Source: Antedon mediterranea
Lineage: Eukaryota > Animalia > Echinodermata
Assembly (NCBI RefSeq): GCF_964355755.1
Contig: NC_092671.1
Location: 12,958,001 to 13,022,000, forward strand
DNA: 64,000 nucleotides
Direction of reading: 5' to 3'
The notes under the pieces were generated by a model. It ran no database searches and was not told where the DNA came from. It saw only the letters and a program-made list of their open reading frames with translations. Both the position numbers and the translations under genes were made by a program. This document shows, in pieces, positions 13,325-26,019 of this stretch. The first letter of the stretch is position 1; each line of letters starts with the position of its first letter.

Positions 13325-13500
13325 GTAATGGATCTGAGGTCACCCCTTCACCTATATAACAGGGATATCCCCTACTCTTTCGAGTGCAAACAAGCCAGAT
13401 GTGTTCTACTACCAGAACTACCATCGGTTAATCACTGTCTTGACACTGATGCCTGTGGTTTGCACCATCATGCTTTAACAGGTCACCCACTCGACTTTAT
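13325..13500 (-). mobile_element. Deu-domain SINE fragment
   Basis: Reverse complement contains CGAAAGAGTAGGGGATATCCCTG, matching the GAGTAGGGG..CCC core of the SINE at 22543. Confidence 0.45.
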
Positions 13501-13847
13501 TAAAAGCATGGATTACGCCAGGTTTAAAAATGGATAGAGATACTGTAAGGAATCTGAAAATCAAAACCTTAGTTTGTTGCCAGTCATAAGATAGCTTTAA
13601 CCTAACCTTCACACCCATCATCTAGTTTAATTCACTATTGTATGCTGACTGAATATACCAACGTTATTTGTATTAAGGGCAGACTCAAACTAGTTAGGCC
13701 TGCTTAGATAGTTTTATTTTTAATTGAATATATTGTGACATCATTTGAACATATATTTTATGTAATTTGCATAATATAAATTAATAAATTATTATTATTA
13801 TTACTTTGAACATTCCACCCTTGAAGCTCAAGCCATGTATGCACAGT

Positions 13848-15069
13848 CAGGGCATCATTTATAAGGAGCGCCTGCGCGACCGCGCTCCTCCGCGCTCCTC
13901 AACAGGCTTCGAGGAGAGCAATTTATCGCGCTCCTTAATTTTCAAAATAGAGCCTAGCTTTTGACAGTGTTGATTTTTCTGTCAAGAGGCCTAAAAACAC
14001 GTGGATTTTTAAAAGTTAAAACCAATCTAGGCCTAGGCTAATAGTATATAAGGTAAGTTATAAAGCTACAAGCCTAATGGCAGTCCCTCGTTTTTAAGGA
14101 TCGCGAGCGCGATCGCAATCAACAACCTTCGAAAAGGAGAGCAATTCATCGCGCTCCATCTCACAGTACAGTGCGAGGTACCAACAAAGGGGATTCCCCT
14201 GCCTGCGCGCATTCAAGGGCGAGTTTACTTCATCGCCTCATAGTGCAACCAGTACGGTGTCATAGAAACACCTCCTTTACAGGAAGATCATGTCCCAACC
14301 AATAATTTTTCCCTTTATGTTTTTATGGAACGAGTTAATAAAATATATTTAATTTTAAAAGGAAACATTAATATAGTAGGCCTAAATATAATGTTTATTA
14401 TTTAAAAAAGCTTAGCTGCTGGTTGCTTTAATTATGTCATTTTGAAGATGGATTATTTCTTCGAAAGTTCTAACCAATATGTGTGACGTCAGCATCTTCT
14501 AGAAGCTCTCTCAGCCCTCCCCTATTGTGCGTGTGCCCATGTGTGACACATGTAAACACGATCAAATATCTTTCTTAATTATTTTAAAATGACACTTTGT
14601 AACTTATTATAAATATTTTAATGGCTGTTGCATGTTAGAATTGTATAATTTATGAATTGCAGGTAAATACTTTTCAGGTTTTCTGTCTGATTTCTAGGCC
14701 AACAAGCTAGGCTAGAAAAGCTAGTCTAATAAAGGCATAGTTGGCCAGGACAGGATTCTCCAGGCTCCTGAAACCCAATCTACCCAGGCAGGCCATAAAA
14801 AAAAAATTGGCTTGAGTTTTTTGTACTGTAGAATAATACGATCCCCACGGAAAATATTGTGTGTAAAGGTGGGTGTGGGGGATTTTAGGGGAGAGGTACA
14901 GACAGTATACATTTGTTGTGCCCGGCAGGGGGGGGGGGGGGGGGTATCCCCTGTCGGGCAAAAAAATGTGTACGATTTAAAATTTTTGCAAGGAGAGCGA
15001 ATTGCTCTCCTCGGTGATTTGAGGAGAGCGATTTGTTGCTCTCCTGGGTTTTGCATACGTGATGCCCTG
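13848..15069. mobile_element. Non-autonomous hAT-like DNA transposon (1.2 kb)
   Basis: TIRs CAGGGCATCA / TGATGCCCTG, CACAGT direct repeat on both flanks, GAGGAGAGC/GCTCTCCT subterminal repeats at both ends, internal poly-G run. Confidence 0.8.
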
Positions 15070-17589
15070 CACAGTAGTGCTGTGATCATGTACTCCTTTG
15101 CCAATCAAATGTAAATTATTTTAAAATAATGGTTATTAATATTAAATAACATTTTAACAATATAAATATAGTCAAATGTGAAAGTGTTTAACATATTGTA
15201 AGCAAAACATTGTATTACAGTAGTACCAAACGTATTCACTTATGAGGAGGAATTACATTTTTCTAACATATCTAATTACTAATTAGACCAACTGGGAAAA
15301 CAATGGTATGACGATTAGATCGTGGACCTATAAAGGTACATGATTATTAGATTATTAGTTTATATACTGCTACTGTGCACGAATGACAATGTTTGTAAAC
15401 AAGGACTGAAGGGATAATGAGTAAATTCTTCTTAGAATATTATTTTTGGTTTTATAATTTTCTTAAAAATCTAGAACTGTATTGCTTTCATTAATACTTT
15501 AAAGAAATATTTTTTAATTTGTTTTAAATTACAATGTTAAACCTTGTTGGTAAAGATTTCAGTTTAGTACCTGTAGTACGGTATTACAATGTATTTTCTA
15601 ACAATGTTAATTTTGTCAATAAACAATCATATGACATTGACAAGTATCATCATTTTTCCTTTCTTAATTTCAAACAATATTTTTATATTCAAATGGGTTT
15701 CTTAAAAGATGTTAATATTGGGGGAAAAATACTGCCAATTACATTAGTATTACAAAACATAACTAATTGTTGCATGAGTGTCACCCTATCCAGTTCACAT
15801 TGTTTTTTAAATGTTGCTAAAACTATATTTTGCTCTACTCATAAAAACAATCATTACTTTTTTTTACATCTACAGTAGAGAATGGGTTTTCATACAGTTT
15901 TCTAGATGACTGAAGGTCAATTCAATGGCCAGATTTGTTTTTTTGTGTATTTTATTGTTCAAAATAAATCTGCTATAAAATTCAAGTAAAAATCAAATAA
16001 ATTGGGTATTATTATTCAAAAGCTAGATTTTTTATTTATTTTGTTTCTTTATTGTTAAGCAATAGCCACACCATTTTATACACTGTTGTATGAACAGTAC
16101 AGTATATATTTTGAAAAAAAGCATTTACAAATGGATTATTCCTTTTGTATTTACTTCAATTAAATCAGACCAATCTACAGTATTTAATTTTTTTTTTGAA
16201 TAAAAAATAAGGTAGAATTCATTGTATATGTATTGTGAATTCTAGTCATTATAAAAAAGGTTTTAATTGCGTGTAATATTAATATCTTGTAGTTATTTAA
16301 AGTATGAAAACATCATACTTTAAAAAAATAGTATTAAATCCTGTACTGTGCCCCATTGTACTGTATCTTAGATCGGTCTATCATAATAGGCTAGTTAGTT
16401 TTAGTTAGTATTAATTTTTTATTCAACACGCCATGAAAGGCACCTTATCGTTGCTATATGAAGTACCCTCATGAATATTTTTGAATAATTTCTGAAATTG
16501 ATTTAATATAACCAAGTAAAATCATTCAGCATAGCCATTAATAAACAATTGTGCATGTATGATCGGTTAACAAATCTGAAATTCAAATATCTATAATTTC
16601 ATTTATCGAACAAAAATTATATTAGCATACATGGTGGTATTGAACACTAGTGAGTATTTGTAGTTAATTTTATTAAACAAAAAACAGGACATTTTCGTTA
16701 TATAACTACAAAAGTATACCAAATTAAAAATGTGAACCATACTATGCTTTATTGCAAGATTACTCATGTATAGGCTGACATAATAATGTACATATTTATG
16801 TTTTATAAAACTTATCGATACTGTATTCCTTTCTTGATCCCAATCAAAGTCAAGCCAGGTCTATAAAATATTTTGTTTTTTCTTTCATAAAATCTTCTAA
16901 ACTTGGTATATTTGGTGCCATATTTGTTAAAAAGCAACAAAACAAAATGTGAATAAATAGGACCATAAAAAGTGTAATAACTAAAATTATATTCAAAACT
17001 GTTGTTAATATGATGTGTTATGGATTCCATAGTTACTATCTGAGTAAGAAGTTTGAACATTGACTTTCTGTAATTAGCTCTCGTCATGAATGAACATTTA
17101 ATTAATATAAACGGTTAAGTTATTGAATTGATGTACAATATCTAATTACAAGACAAAAGTACAACTGTTCTTCAATTATGACAAAACCTATGGGTTGTCT
17201 CAATCATTTGATTCAAATTTACACTGTGGGGTACTGAAGATAGATTTGCTCTATACTGGTAGTTATAAAACAGATATAGAACTATTATGTAGAACCTACT
17301 AATGTTTTTTTATTTTTAATTTATAATGTAAACTTATTGTTTGGCACTGTCCATCAGAAAAAGAAGATGCTTGGAGTTAATAATTACTAGGACTTTAAAA
17401 CAAAAAAGATAGTTCTAGGTTCTAGTGTATTAGATTTATTTGTCTTTCTTTACTTTGCTTGTCTCATTCTGACTACTACTATAACTTTCAGCCCTCCAGA
17501 CACAAGATGACTAATATTACAAAAGACATAGAGTATGTTTCCAGTATAATGGGACTAATTAACATTACAAAATATGCCTATCTTGTTGT

Positions 17590-19310
17590 ATAGAATATTT
17601 ATATGGCTTTGCCCAACTAACTGAACTCTCAATTAACAAGAATGTCAGACCTTTACTTCATTGCCCCAATTAATTAATTGTACCTTATACTCCTCAATCA
17701 ATTGTACCTTCTTCCCCTTCTCCCTTCATTGCACCATCTTTCACCCATTTCACCTCAATTAACTGTACCTTGTTCTCTCTTCTCAATTAATTGTACTCCT
17801 TCTTATCTCTTCTCCGGTATTTCTGAGTCAAGGTCAAGGGCCTTCCTTCTTATCCCCAATTCATTGTACCTACTTCCTCATTGTACCTTCATAGAATATT
17901 TATATGGCTTGGCCCAACTTAACTCTCAATTAACAAGAGTGTCACACCTTACTTCCCTGTCCCAATTAATTAATTGTACCTTATTCCCCTCAATCAATTG
18001 TACCTTCTTCCCCTCAATCAATTGTACCTTCTTCCCCTTCTCCCTGTTTTACCTCACTTTATTACACCAACTTTCTCCCTTTTCACCTCAACAGTTGTAC
18101 CTCCTTCTCCCTTCTTTACCTCAATTAATTTGATCTACTTCACCTCAATCAATTGTACCTTCTTCCCCTCAATCAATTGTACCTTCTTCCCCTTCTCCCT
18201 GTTTTACCTCACTTCATTACACCAGCTTTCTTCCTTTTTACCTCAATTAGTTGTACCTCCTTCTCCCTTCTTTACCTCAATTAATTTGATCTACTTCACC
18301 TCAATTAATTGTATCTTCTTCCCATTCCTCCTTTCCTCATTTAATTGTACCTCTGCCCCTTCCTTCTCTTCAATTAATTTGACTTTCTTCCTTCTCCCTT
18401 CTTCACCTCAAATCATTGTTTTCCCTTCCCTCTTCACCAATCAATTGTACCTTCTTTCTCCTGGCTTCACCTTAATTCATTGTACCTTTTTCCTACTTCT
18501 CCCTCCTTCACCTCAAATCATTGTACCTCCTTCCTCCTTCACCAATTCATTGTATTCTTTCTCCGTTCTTCACCTTAATTCATTGTACCTCCTTCCTACT
18601 TCTCCCCTTCTTCACCTAAAATCATTGTACATTATCTTTTCCACCTCAATTAATTGTACATTCTTCCTTCTCCCCAATTCATTAGCCATCCTTCTTCCTC
18701 TTTACCCCAATTCATTGTACCCCCTTCTCCCTACTTCACCTTAATTCATTGCACCTCTTTTCCCCAATTAATTGTACATTCATTCCATTCCTTAATAATA
18801 ATAATAATAAACAGTATTTATATAGCGCCTAATGGATCACTGACCCCTCTAGGTGCTTTACATAGGACCTTAACTAATGGTAATAAACTATCCCCCGCCG
18901 GACACCATTCCGGTATTTCTTAGTCGAGGTTTCGGGGATGGAGACAATCAATAATGTGAAAAAAAAAAAATGTAACAAAGCTTAACTATGCTTAACTAAG
19001 GTAAAACTATCCCCCGCCGGACACCATCCCGGTATTTCTGAGTCAAGGTCAAGGGCCTTCCTTCTTATCCCCAATTCATTGTACCTACTTCTTCTTCCTT
19101 CTCCCTCCTTTACTTCAAATCATTATACCTCTTCTCTCCAATTAATTGTACCTTCAATTCTTCCTATTCCTTCCTCCTTCTCCCCAATTCATTGTACTTT
19201 CTTCTCCCTTCTTCATCTTAATTCATTGTACCTTTTTTCCTCCCCCTTTCACCTCAATTCATTTTACCTTCGTTTGCCTTCTTTCTTCACCTTAATTCAT
19301 TGCCATCTTT
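17590..19310. repeat. Pyrimidine-rich minisatellite (~23-35 bp units, TCAATTAATTGTACCTTCTTCCCC)
   Basis: Dozens of AATT(A/C)ATTGTACC motifs separated by C/T runs; interrupted at ~18790-19070 by a - strand retroelement 3' tail (GGCGCTATATAAAT..(TTA)n). Confidence 0.9.
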
Positions 19311-21744
19311 GCACTTCATGCTTTAGAACCTGTAAGTGCAGAAACCCCACATGACTGCATTTTATTACAGAATGTTATCATGAAAGAATATTTAATTATT
19401 ATTGTCTGACATAATTTATTACAAATATTTCAAATTTATTCATGTTTTATCTCAATACTTGAAATTGATTGTAAGCATTTAGAATAACAATACAGGACTT
19501 TATTATAAACAGTGAAACAATAATATAGTACCATCTTTTTTTACCTTTTTAGGCCCAACTCTATAAATAATTTCAACCAGTCTAGAGATTATTCGTTTTC
19601 TGGTAACATACAATTATGATTATTGAGGCTGTCATTTTGTTAAATGAAGTCTATCGGCAAATGTAATTCCAGAAATAACATAAGAAATTAGATTAGGTAT
19701 TTCAGTAGTGTAATTATCATTACCTAGTTAAGCTGAGCCTTTATTCATAACAAAATCCATCTTCTTATGCATTCATGATGATACACCTATTAAAGTGACT
19801 CAATTTCAACTTTAACCTTTGCAGGTGAGGATAAAGAGAGTGTTTAAATTCACAGAGTTGAGGCCAGAACCATTCCCTTTTACTGGATATAATAATAATA
19901 ATATTAATTTTTAGGTTTAACAATATCACTTTATAATTTACTACAAACCTTGTTACCATTTGCATTTTTAAATTAAAATAATCAATTTAAAATTAAACAA
20001 ACTCACATAGATTATAAAGATCATACAGAATTTCTTTACTAAGGAAAATTACTAGCTAAATTATATCGTAAGAATAACTATACAAAACAGTCATATTGTG
20101 CATAAAATTGTCATTTGTTGTTAGTTTTTGATTAAGAATACAGTAGGATATTAATTACCAAAACATCTATGGCGTTTTCTTTCATCTGTGTTATAGTTAT
20201 ACGCAAGTAAGGTTTGTATTGTGGCCAAGAAAACTAAATATTACCCATTTTATGATCACAAAGATTGTTTTTATCAATACTTTATAGATTAAATTTTAAT
20301 CATATTAGAAATTAGAATGTCTTCTATGCCTCAATGTACTGTGCAATATTTATTTTTCGTTCTATAATTTTGTAATCTATGTTTATAACAGAAAACCATG
20401 GTAAAGAAAAAAGTGCTCAGTTTAAAGTACATTTCTCCTATCTCTTCACTTGATTACTATCTTCATTTCTGTGAAAATATTAAATGGGGTTGAAATTAAT
20501 TACTTAAACTGTGTAATTCATTACTTTATTAATATTAGTTAATTTGACTTCAATTTACATCCAACTTCCAACAGCTGAGAGCCTTACAAAACAGAATAGG
20601 CCTACATAACACAATACATTAAGAACCACCTCCCCTCCCTGCCCAGTGCCAAAAAAAATAAAATCTAAACCAATTTTTAATCATCTCAAAAATGTTTACT
20701 TTAATACAATTGGTTGAAATTAATAATTATTAATATTGTATTTTATTACTTGTTATATTATTAGTATTTTTAAAAATTCACATCTAACAGAAGAGCCTAA
20801 TACACGACAGTTGACACAATACAGTAAATAAGAAAACACATTCTTAAACTAAAAACTGTCTTAATTAAATGTCTCTTTCTTTCTGTCATGCTTTCCCCTT
20901 CCTTGGTCACTCTTTTGATATACAATCATCTATCTATACGGTAGAAATTATTCTTAGCAATAGACTCCTTGTATTGTTGGAATATTGGATTTTGAGCATT
21001 GTGATTACTGACCCGGAACACTCTTTAGCTTGCTTCATTTAGAATTCCATCAGCACAGTAAACACACAGCATCGATGACAGAATAGCTTTTCACACATTA
21101 CATTTTTCATATGATAGACATCGGCCATCATTTTATATTTTTCTCAACTATATTCTATATTTATTAAGATAGCTATGTTGTTTTTAGTATTTTTAGTTAA
21201 TCAGGTTAAAAAGAAAAAACATAATTTAAATACATTACATACATAAATACATATTTTATCCTTTTTATTTGAAAATTTGACCATGGTTTTTCCACACTGT
21301 CTCATATTTTAGTCATAAAAATGCAAGCTCCCTTGAGGTTCGTGGCGGGATTTCACAGCTTGCTGTAATTGGGTAAAATAAACTGATCAATATCTAGTTT
21401 GTATTAATATTCCAGTTATTAATTAATAATAATCATTGGTCATTCTTTTATTAAACTATTTAACATTATTCAGTTACTATATTTTTTTTTATAGGAATCC
21501 TGACTAAATACTGGGTTTGATACTTGGCTGTAACAGTTAAAAACACATTCCCGTTTTGTTCATTTGACTACTAGGATAATATTATTAATTCGCTTAAATC
21601 AATTAGTATGACTAGAATAATCAAGGAGAGGTGGTGCTAAATATTTGGAGAAGCGGCCGTTTGAGAACATCCAAGAGGTTCCAAAGTCTGTACTGACTAT
21701 TCTGATCAAAAATTGCAAAAGCCAAAATTTACCATACATTCCAT

Positions 21745-22160
21745 GCTGACCCTTCTTATAACACTGACCCTTCTTATAACACTGTCCCTTCCTACAAAAC
21801 GTATCGTATCGTAAATAGACATTGTCCTTGCCTGCTGTAGTAATGTTTTAAATATACACTGTCCCTTCCCACTATATGTCCCTTCATACTTAACATTTGC
21901 CCATATGTCTCCCGGTGTGATGATCTTGTAGGCGCTGCACTGCTGGTTGCCGTGGGTCTGTTGAGGGCCTAATCTGAATTTCCTCAGTTTCCAGTTAAAG
22001 CTTGAGGACTAGAATAATATATTTAAAATTTAACAATTTTACAGCTGTTGATTCCTATAATAAAAGTGTCCCTTCTATTCTACTGCAGTGATGCTTTAAA
22101 TAGACATTTTCCCTTCCTACTGAACACTGTCCTTTCTACTACTGTATATGTCCCTTCCAG
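21745..22160. repeat. Degenerate CACTGTCCCTTCCTAC short-period repeat
   Basis: Repeated GTCCCTTC/ACCCTTC motifs, including an exact CTGACCCTTCTTATAACA dimer. Confidence 0.55.
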
Positions 22161-22165
22161 AGAGT

Positions 22166-23053
22166 TGTAATCAGCCAAAGGCTAGAGGGCGTACTCCAGA
22201 CTGAAAAGTGATTCCAACAGGAGGGGGTGGGTGGGGGGGACCAACAAGATGGCAGCCGTAAATATGTTCAAAAACATTATTTAATATAAAAAATAATAAT
22301 CTAGAATATAATACATTAAGACTACATAAATTACAACACATATTCTTGTATGCACAGTGAAGTTTTTATAAAATTAAATATGTTGTTAATCATAATGGAA
22401 TAAAATAATTACATGGTAATTTTTAGCAATTTTTTGTATACGAGGATCATATAGAATGCATTCATGTTCATACGCTCAAGACGATGATTGCATATCTAAG
22501 GGAGAGAATGTGAAAAATACCTCTCACGCTGAGTGAGTCACAGTGAGTAAGTGTGGCCGAGCGGTTAAGACAGTCGAACCGTAATCCATAGCCATAACAT
22601 CGCTCCATGGTTCTGGTGGTAGAACAAGTCTTCTCGGATAAGGACTATAAACCGTAGGTCCAGTGTACATCTGGCTCATGTGCACTTTAAAGTACCTAGT
22701 ACATCTTTCGAGACGAGTAGGGGGTTACCCCGGTGTACTAGTTCATACATACACACTGTCGTGGACAGATGTAATGGCGCCATAGTTGGCTGCCGATGAC
22801 ACGATGTGACCCTTAGGGGAGAAGAATGTTGTCCACATCGCCTTTCATCACTAATTGTTGCTGGAATTGGCGCTTTACAAATTTGTATATTATTATTATA
22901 TTATACGGTCAACACAGGCGTAGTAGTGCGTGACTGCGTAGGGCATATCTGATTGGTCGATTGCAGTCACCATCTTGTTGGTTCCCTCTCCATGTAGAAT
23001 CATTTTTTGAACTGCGATAACATTGCAGTTTGCTATCTAGCTATTGGCTATAT
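22166..23053. mobile_element. MITE family A, copy 1 (interrupted by a SINE)
   Basis: Colinear with 34990-35420 (GGCTAGAGGGCGTACTC.AGACTGAAAAGTGATTCCAACAGGAGGG...CCATCTTGTTGGTTCCCTCTCCATG); inverted ends. Confidence 0.8.
22543..22904 (+). mobile_element. tRNA-derived Deu/Nin-domain SINE
   Basis: A-box TGGCCGAGCGG (22554), core GGATAAGGACTATAAACCGTAGGTCC...GAGTAGGGGGTTACCCCGGTG resembling the DeuSINE domain, L2-like tail GGCGCTTTACAAAT..(TTA)n. Confidence 0.75.
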
Positions 23054-24559
23054 AAAATCATTGGTCCCTTCATACTTGATATTTCCCCTTACTAACTGTT
23101 TTTTCCAATGATTCCACGTCTTGTAGAGATGTTCTCATTAATTAATCAAAATCCTTCAAATGATCTAAAACTAATTTAAATGCCTTTTTGATCTGAATTA
23201 GTACATTATCTCTCCAAAAATGTACTTCCATCGCGAAACCAGTCATAACATTCAATTCGCGGCAAAAGTACAAAACAGGTGGTGCTGTTGTATTTAAAAA
23301 AAAATGTTTTCCAAACGCAAAAGAATTTTTTTTTTCATACACGAAAAAAATTCACGCCATGTAACCCACAATCGTCCAATCAAATGACAGGAATTTATTT
23401 GGGTGTTATATAATATGATGTAGAAACCTCCCTACTTTACAGTTAGTACTGTTTTTAATACACTGTCTTCACTTTTCTCTTACTACAAATTGTTGATTCC
23501 TACAACAGACACATGCCCCTAGTATTAATCTTTTCTTCTAAACTTAGCTAAGCTTGTCCTATGACCAACCTACTCTACAGTATGTTATTAAATGTCTTGA
23601 TTCTATGTAAATTCAGTTGGAGGAATTTTATATAAAAAAATAGATACTATGAATAATTAATTAATTGTTAATGTCAAATTTTCAAGGTTGAATGAATATG
23701 AATGTATGAATTAATCAAGGGATAAATGACTACAGGCAGGATATATAAAGTATTACAGATACTGTAGATTCATGGATAGAAAATTTCATAAGATAAATAA
23801 CTGTAGTAAGTATCGATGTATATTTTCATTATGCATGAATTAATTATGGATAGTATGACTTTAGGCCTTTTGAAAAACCTCCTCGCAAGGGTTATTCTAC
23901 AATTTTATCGGAATGATTTTCTGTCCATTTTAACATGATTTCTTGAATCTGATTTAAGACTAATTGATTCAGAATTAATTACAATTTTATGAAAAAGAAC
24001 AACTTTAAAACAAATGGTTTGTCTGGATTTTTTGATCTCGAAAAACTAAATCTACTGTTTAGCGGTCTAATATTAATAATTGAACTCATGTGTACATGAT
24101 ATGTATTTGAATATAATGTAACCAGGCTGTGAACTTCACAGAGCACAAATCTATCAAAGTACATTATTAATGATTATTTACAAACAGGTAATTATTTATT
24201 GCGAGCTATTGCTGTGTAAACTGTCTTGCTTTAGTCTCTCTCAAACCACTGCATTAATAGTCTTGTTTTGAAATTGACAACAGAGGAAATTATAGATACT
24301 GTCATTGTCACAAAGAAGTGCTTTTGCTGGTATCCTGGTTTTAATACAAACGTGAAAACCTACAAGGTGCACTTGGTTTTCTATAATTAAATTACAGGTT
24401 ATGATGCTACTACTAGTGTACAGAAGTATGCACTGTATAGTACATGAACTCTGAAACAATTATATACAGTATAAATGTAAATCATGAAACCAAAGTCATT
24501 ATCAGTAAGACTATGAATGAATAATAACAACACAGCACCATACAGATGACATGCTTTAT

Positions 24560-25470
24560 GTACAATGTTCAATGTTTTTTTGCACGCACACACGATACTA
24601 CAAGGTCAAGGTTATATATACCATTGCTACTTGTATGTAGTGTTTGGTTGTTATCTCGTTGGCTTACTGTTATGTAGGCTTACGCACAGTTCCAAGTTGA
24701 TGTTCGATGTTTTTTGCGCGCGCACACGATACTACAAGGTCAAGGTTATATATACCATTGCTATTTGTATGTAGTGTTTGGTTGTTAACTCGTTGGCTTA
24801 CTGTTATGTAGGCTTACGCACAGTTCCAAGTTGATGTTCGATGTTTTTTGCGCGCGCGCACACGATACTACAAGGTCAAGGCTATATATACCATTGCTAC
24901 TTATGGTTGGTTGTTAACTCGTTGGCTTACTGTTATGTACGTATAGTTCCAAGTCGATGTTCGATTCAAAATTTTTTGCGCACGATACTACAAAGTCAAG
25001 GTCATATCTATTGCTACTTTTAGTGTTTTGTTGTTAACTCGTTGGCTTACTGTTATGATTGTATGTATAGTTCCAAGTCGATGTTCGATTCAAAATTTTT
25101 GGCGCACGATACTACAAAGTCAAGGTCATATCTATTGCTACTTTTAGTGTTTTGTTGTTAACTCGTTGGCTTACTGTTATGTACGTATAGTTCCAAGTCG
25201 ATGTTCGATTCAAAATTTTTTGCGCACAATACTACAAAGTCAAGGTCATATCTATTGCTACTTTTAGTGTTTTGTTGTTAACTCGTTGACTTACTGTTAT
25301 GTACGTATAGGTCTAAGTCGATGTCGAAAGCCAACGAATTAACAACCACACAAGCAACAATGATATAATATTGCCTTGACCTTGAAGTATCGTGCACCCG
25401 CGCAGGAAATAACAAATATCATCTTGAACTATTACGTACATTAAACCAACGAGTTAACAATGCAAAGCGT
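24560..25470. repeat. ~120-135 bp tandem repeat (6 copies) followed by an inverted copy
   Basis: CACGATACTACAAGGTCAAGG at ~24591, 24725, 24860, 24981, 25106, 25225; reverse-complement monomer at ~25330-25405. Confidence 0.9.
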
Positions 25471-25614
25471 GCACGAGCAGCAAATGGTAATAATCCAACG
25501 ACCCTAACAGACGTATCGTAAATACACAAGTTTTGAAACAACTCAATATAATCATGATATAATGTATTAAGTCGATCAAAATTGTTTGGAGTCTAGCACT
25601 AAATTTGATTTTGT

Positions 25615-26019
25615 TTTTTACATTTGTGGGCATTATTATATTTGTGGGTGATGGTTGTTTTCACATTTGTGGGCGCTGTTTATTACATTTGTTGGTGATG
25701 CGTTTTCACCTTTGTGGTTGTTTTCACATTTGTGGGTGATGCGTTTTCACCTTTGTGGGCGTTTTCACATTTGTGGGTGATACGTTTTCACATTTGTGGG
25801 CGTTTTCACATTTGTGGGCGTTTTCACATTTGTGGGTGATACGTTTTCACATTTGTGGTCTTTTTCACATTTGTGGGCGTTTTCACATTTGTGGTCGTTT
25901 TCACATTTGTGGATGATACATTTTCACATTTGTGGGCGTTTCACATTTGTGGGCTTTTTCACATTTGTGGGTGATACGTTTTCACATTTGTGGGCGTTTT
26001 CACATTTGTGGGTTCAACA
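25615..26019. repeat. 18-23 bp minisatellite TTTTCACATTTGTGGGCG, possibly the subterminal array of a TGT..ACA-ended DNA transposon
   Basis: About 20 copies of CACATTTGTGG ending abruptly in GGGTTCAACA. Confidence 0.85.

Noticed and set aside
14707-15114. Overlapping ORFs inside the hAT-like element as a transposase
   Set aside because: Short, present on both strands, driven by the poly-G run, and without DDE or BED motifs.
17678-19354. 151-aa and 256-aa Pro/Phe/Ser/Leu-rich ORFs
   Set aside because: A pyrimidine-rich minisatellite that lacks stops in several frames; no splice or homology support.
20169-20212. ATG-initiated mini-exon MAFSFICVIVIR with GTAAGG donor
   Set aside because: Ends in phase 2, incompatible with the phase-0 exon 2.
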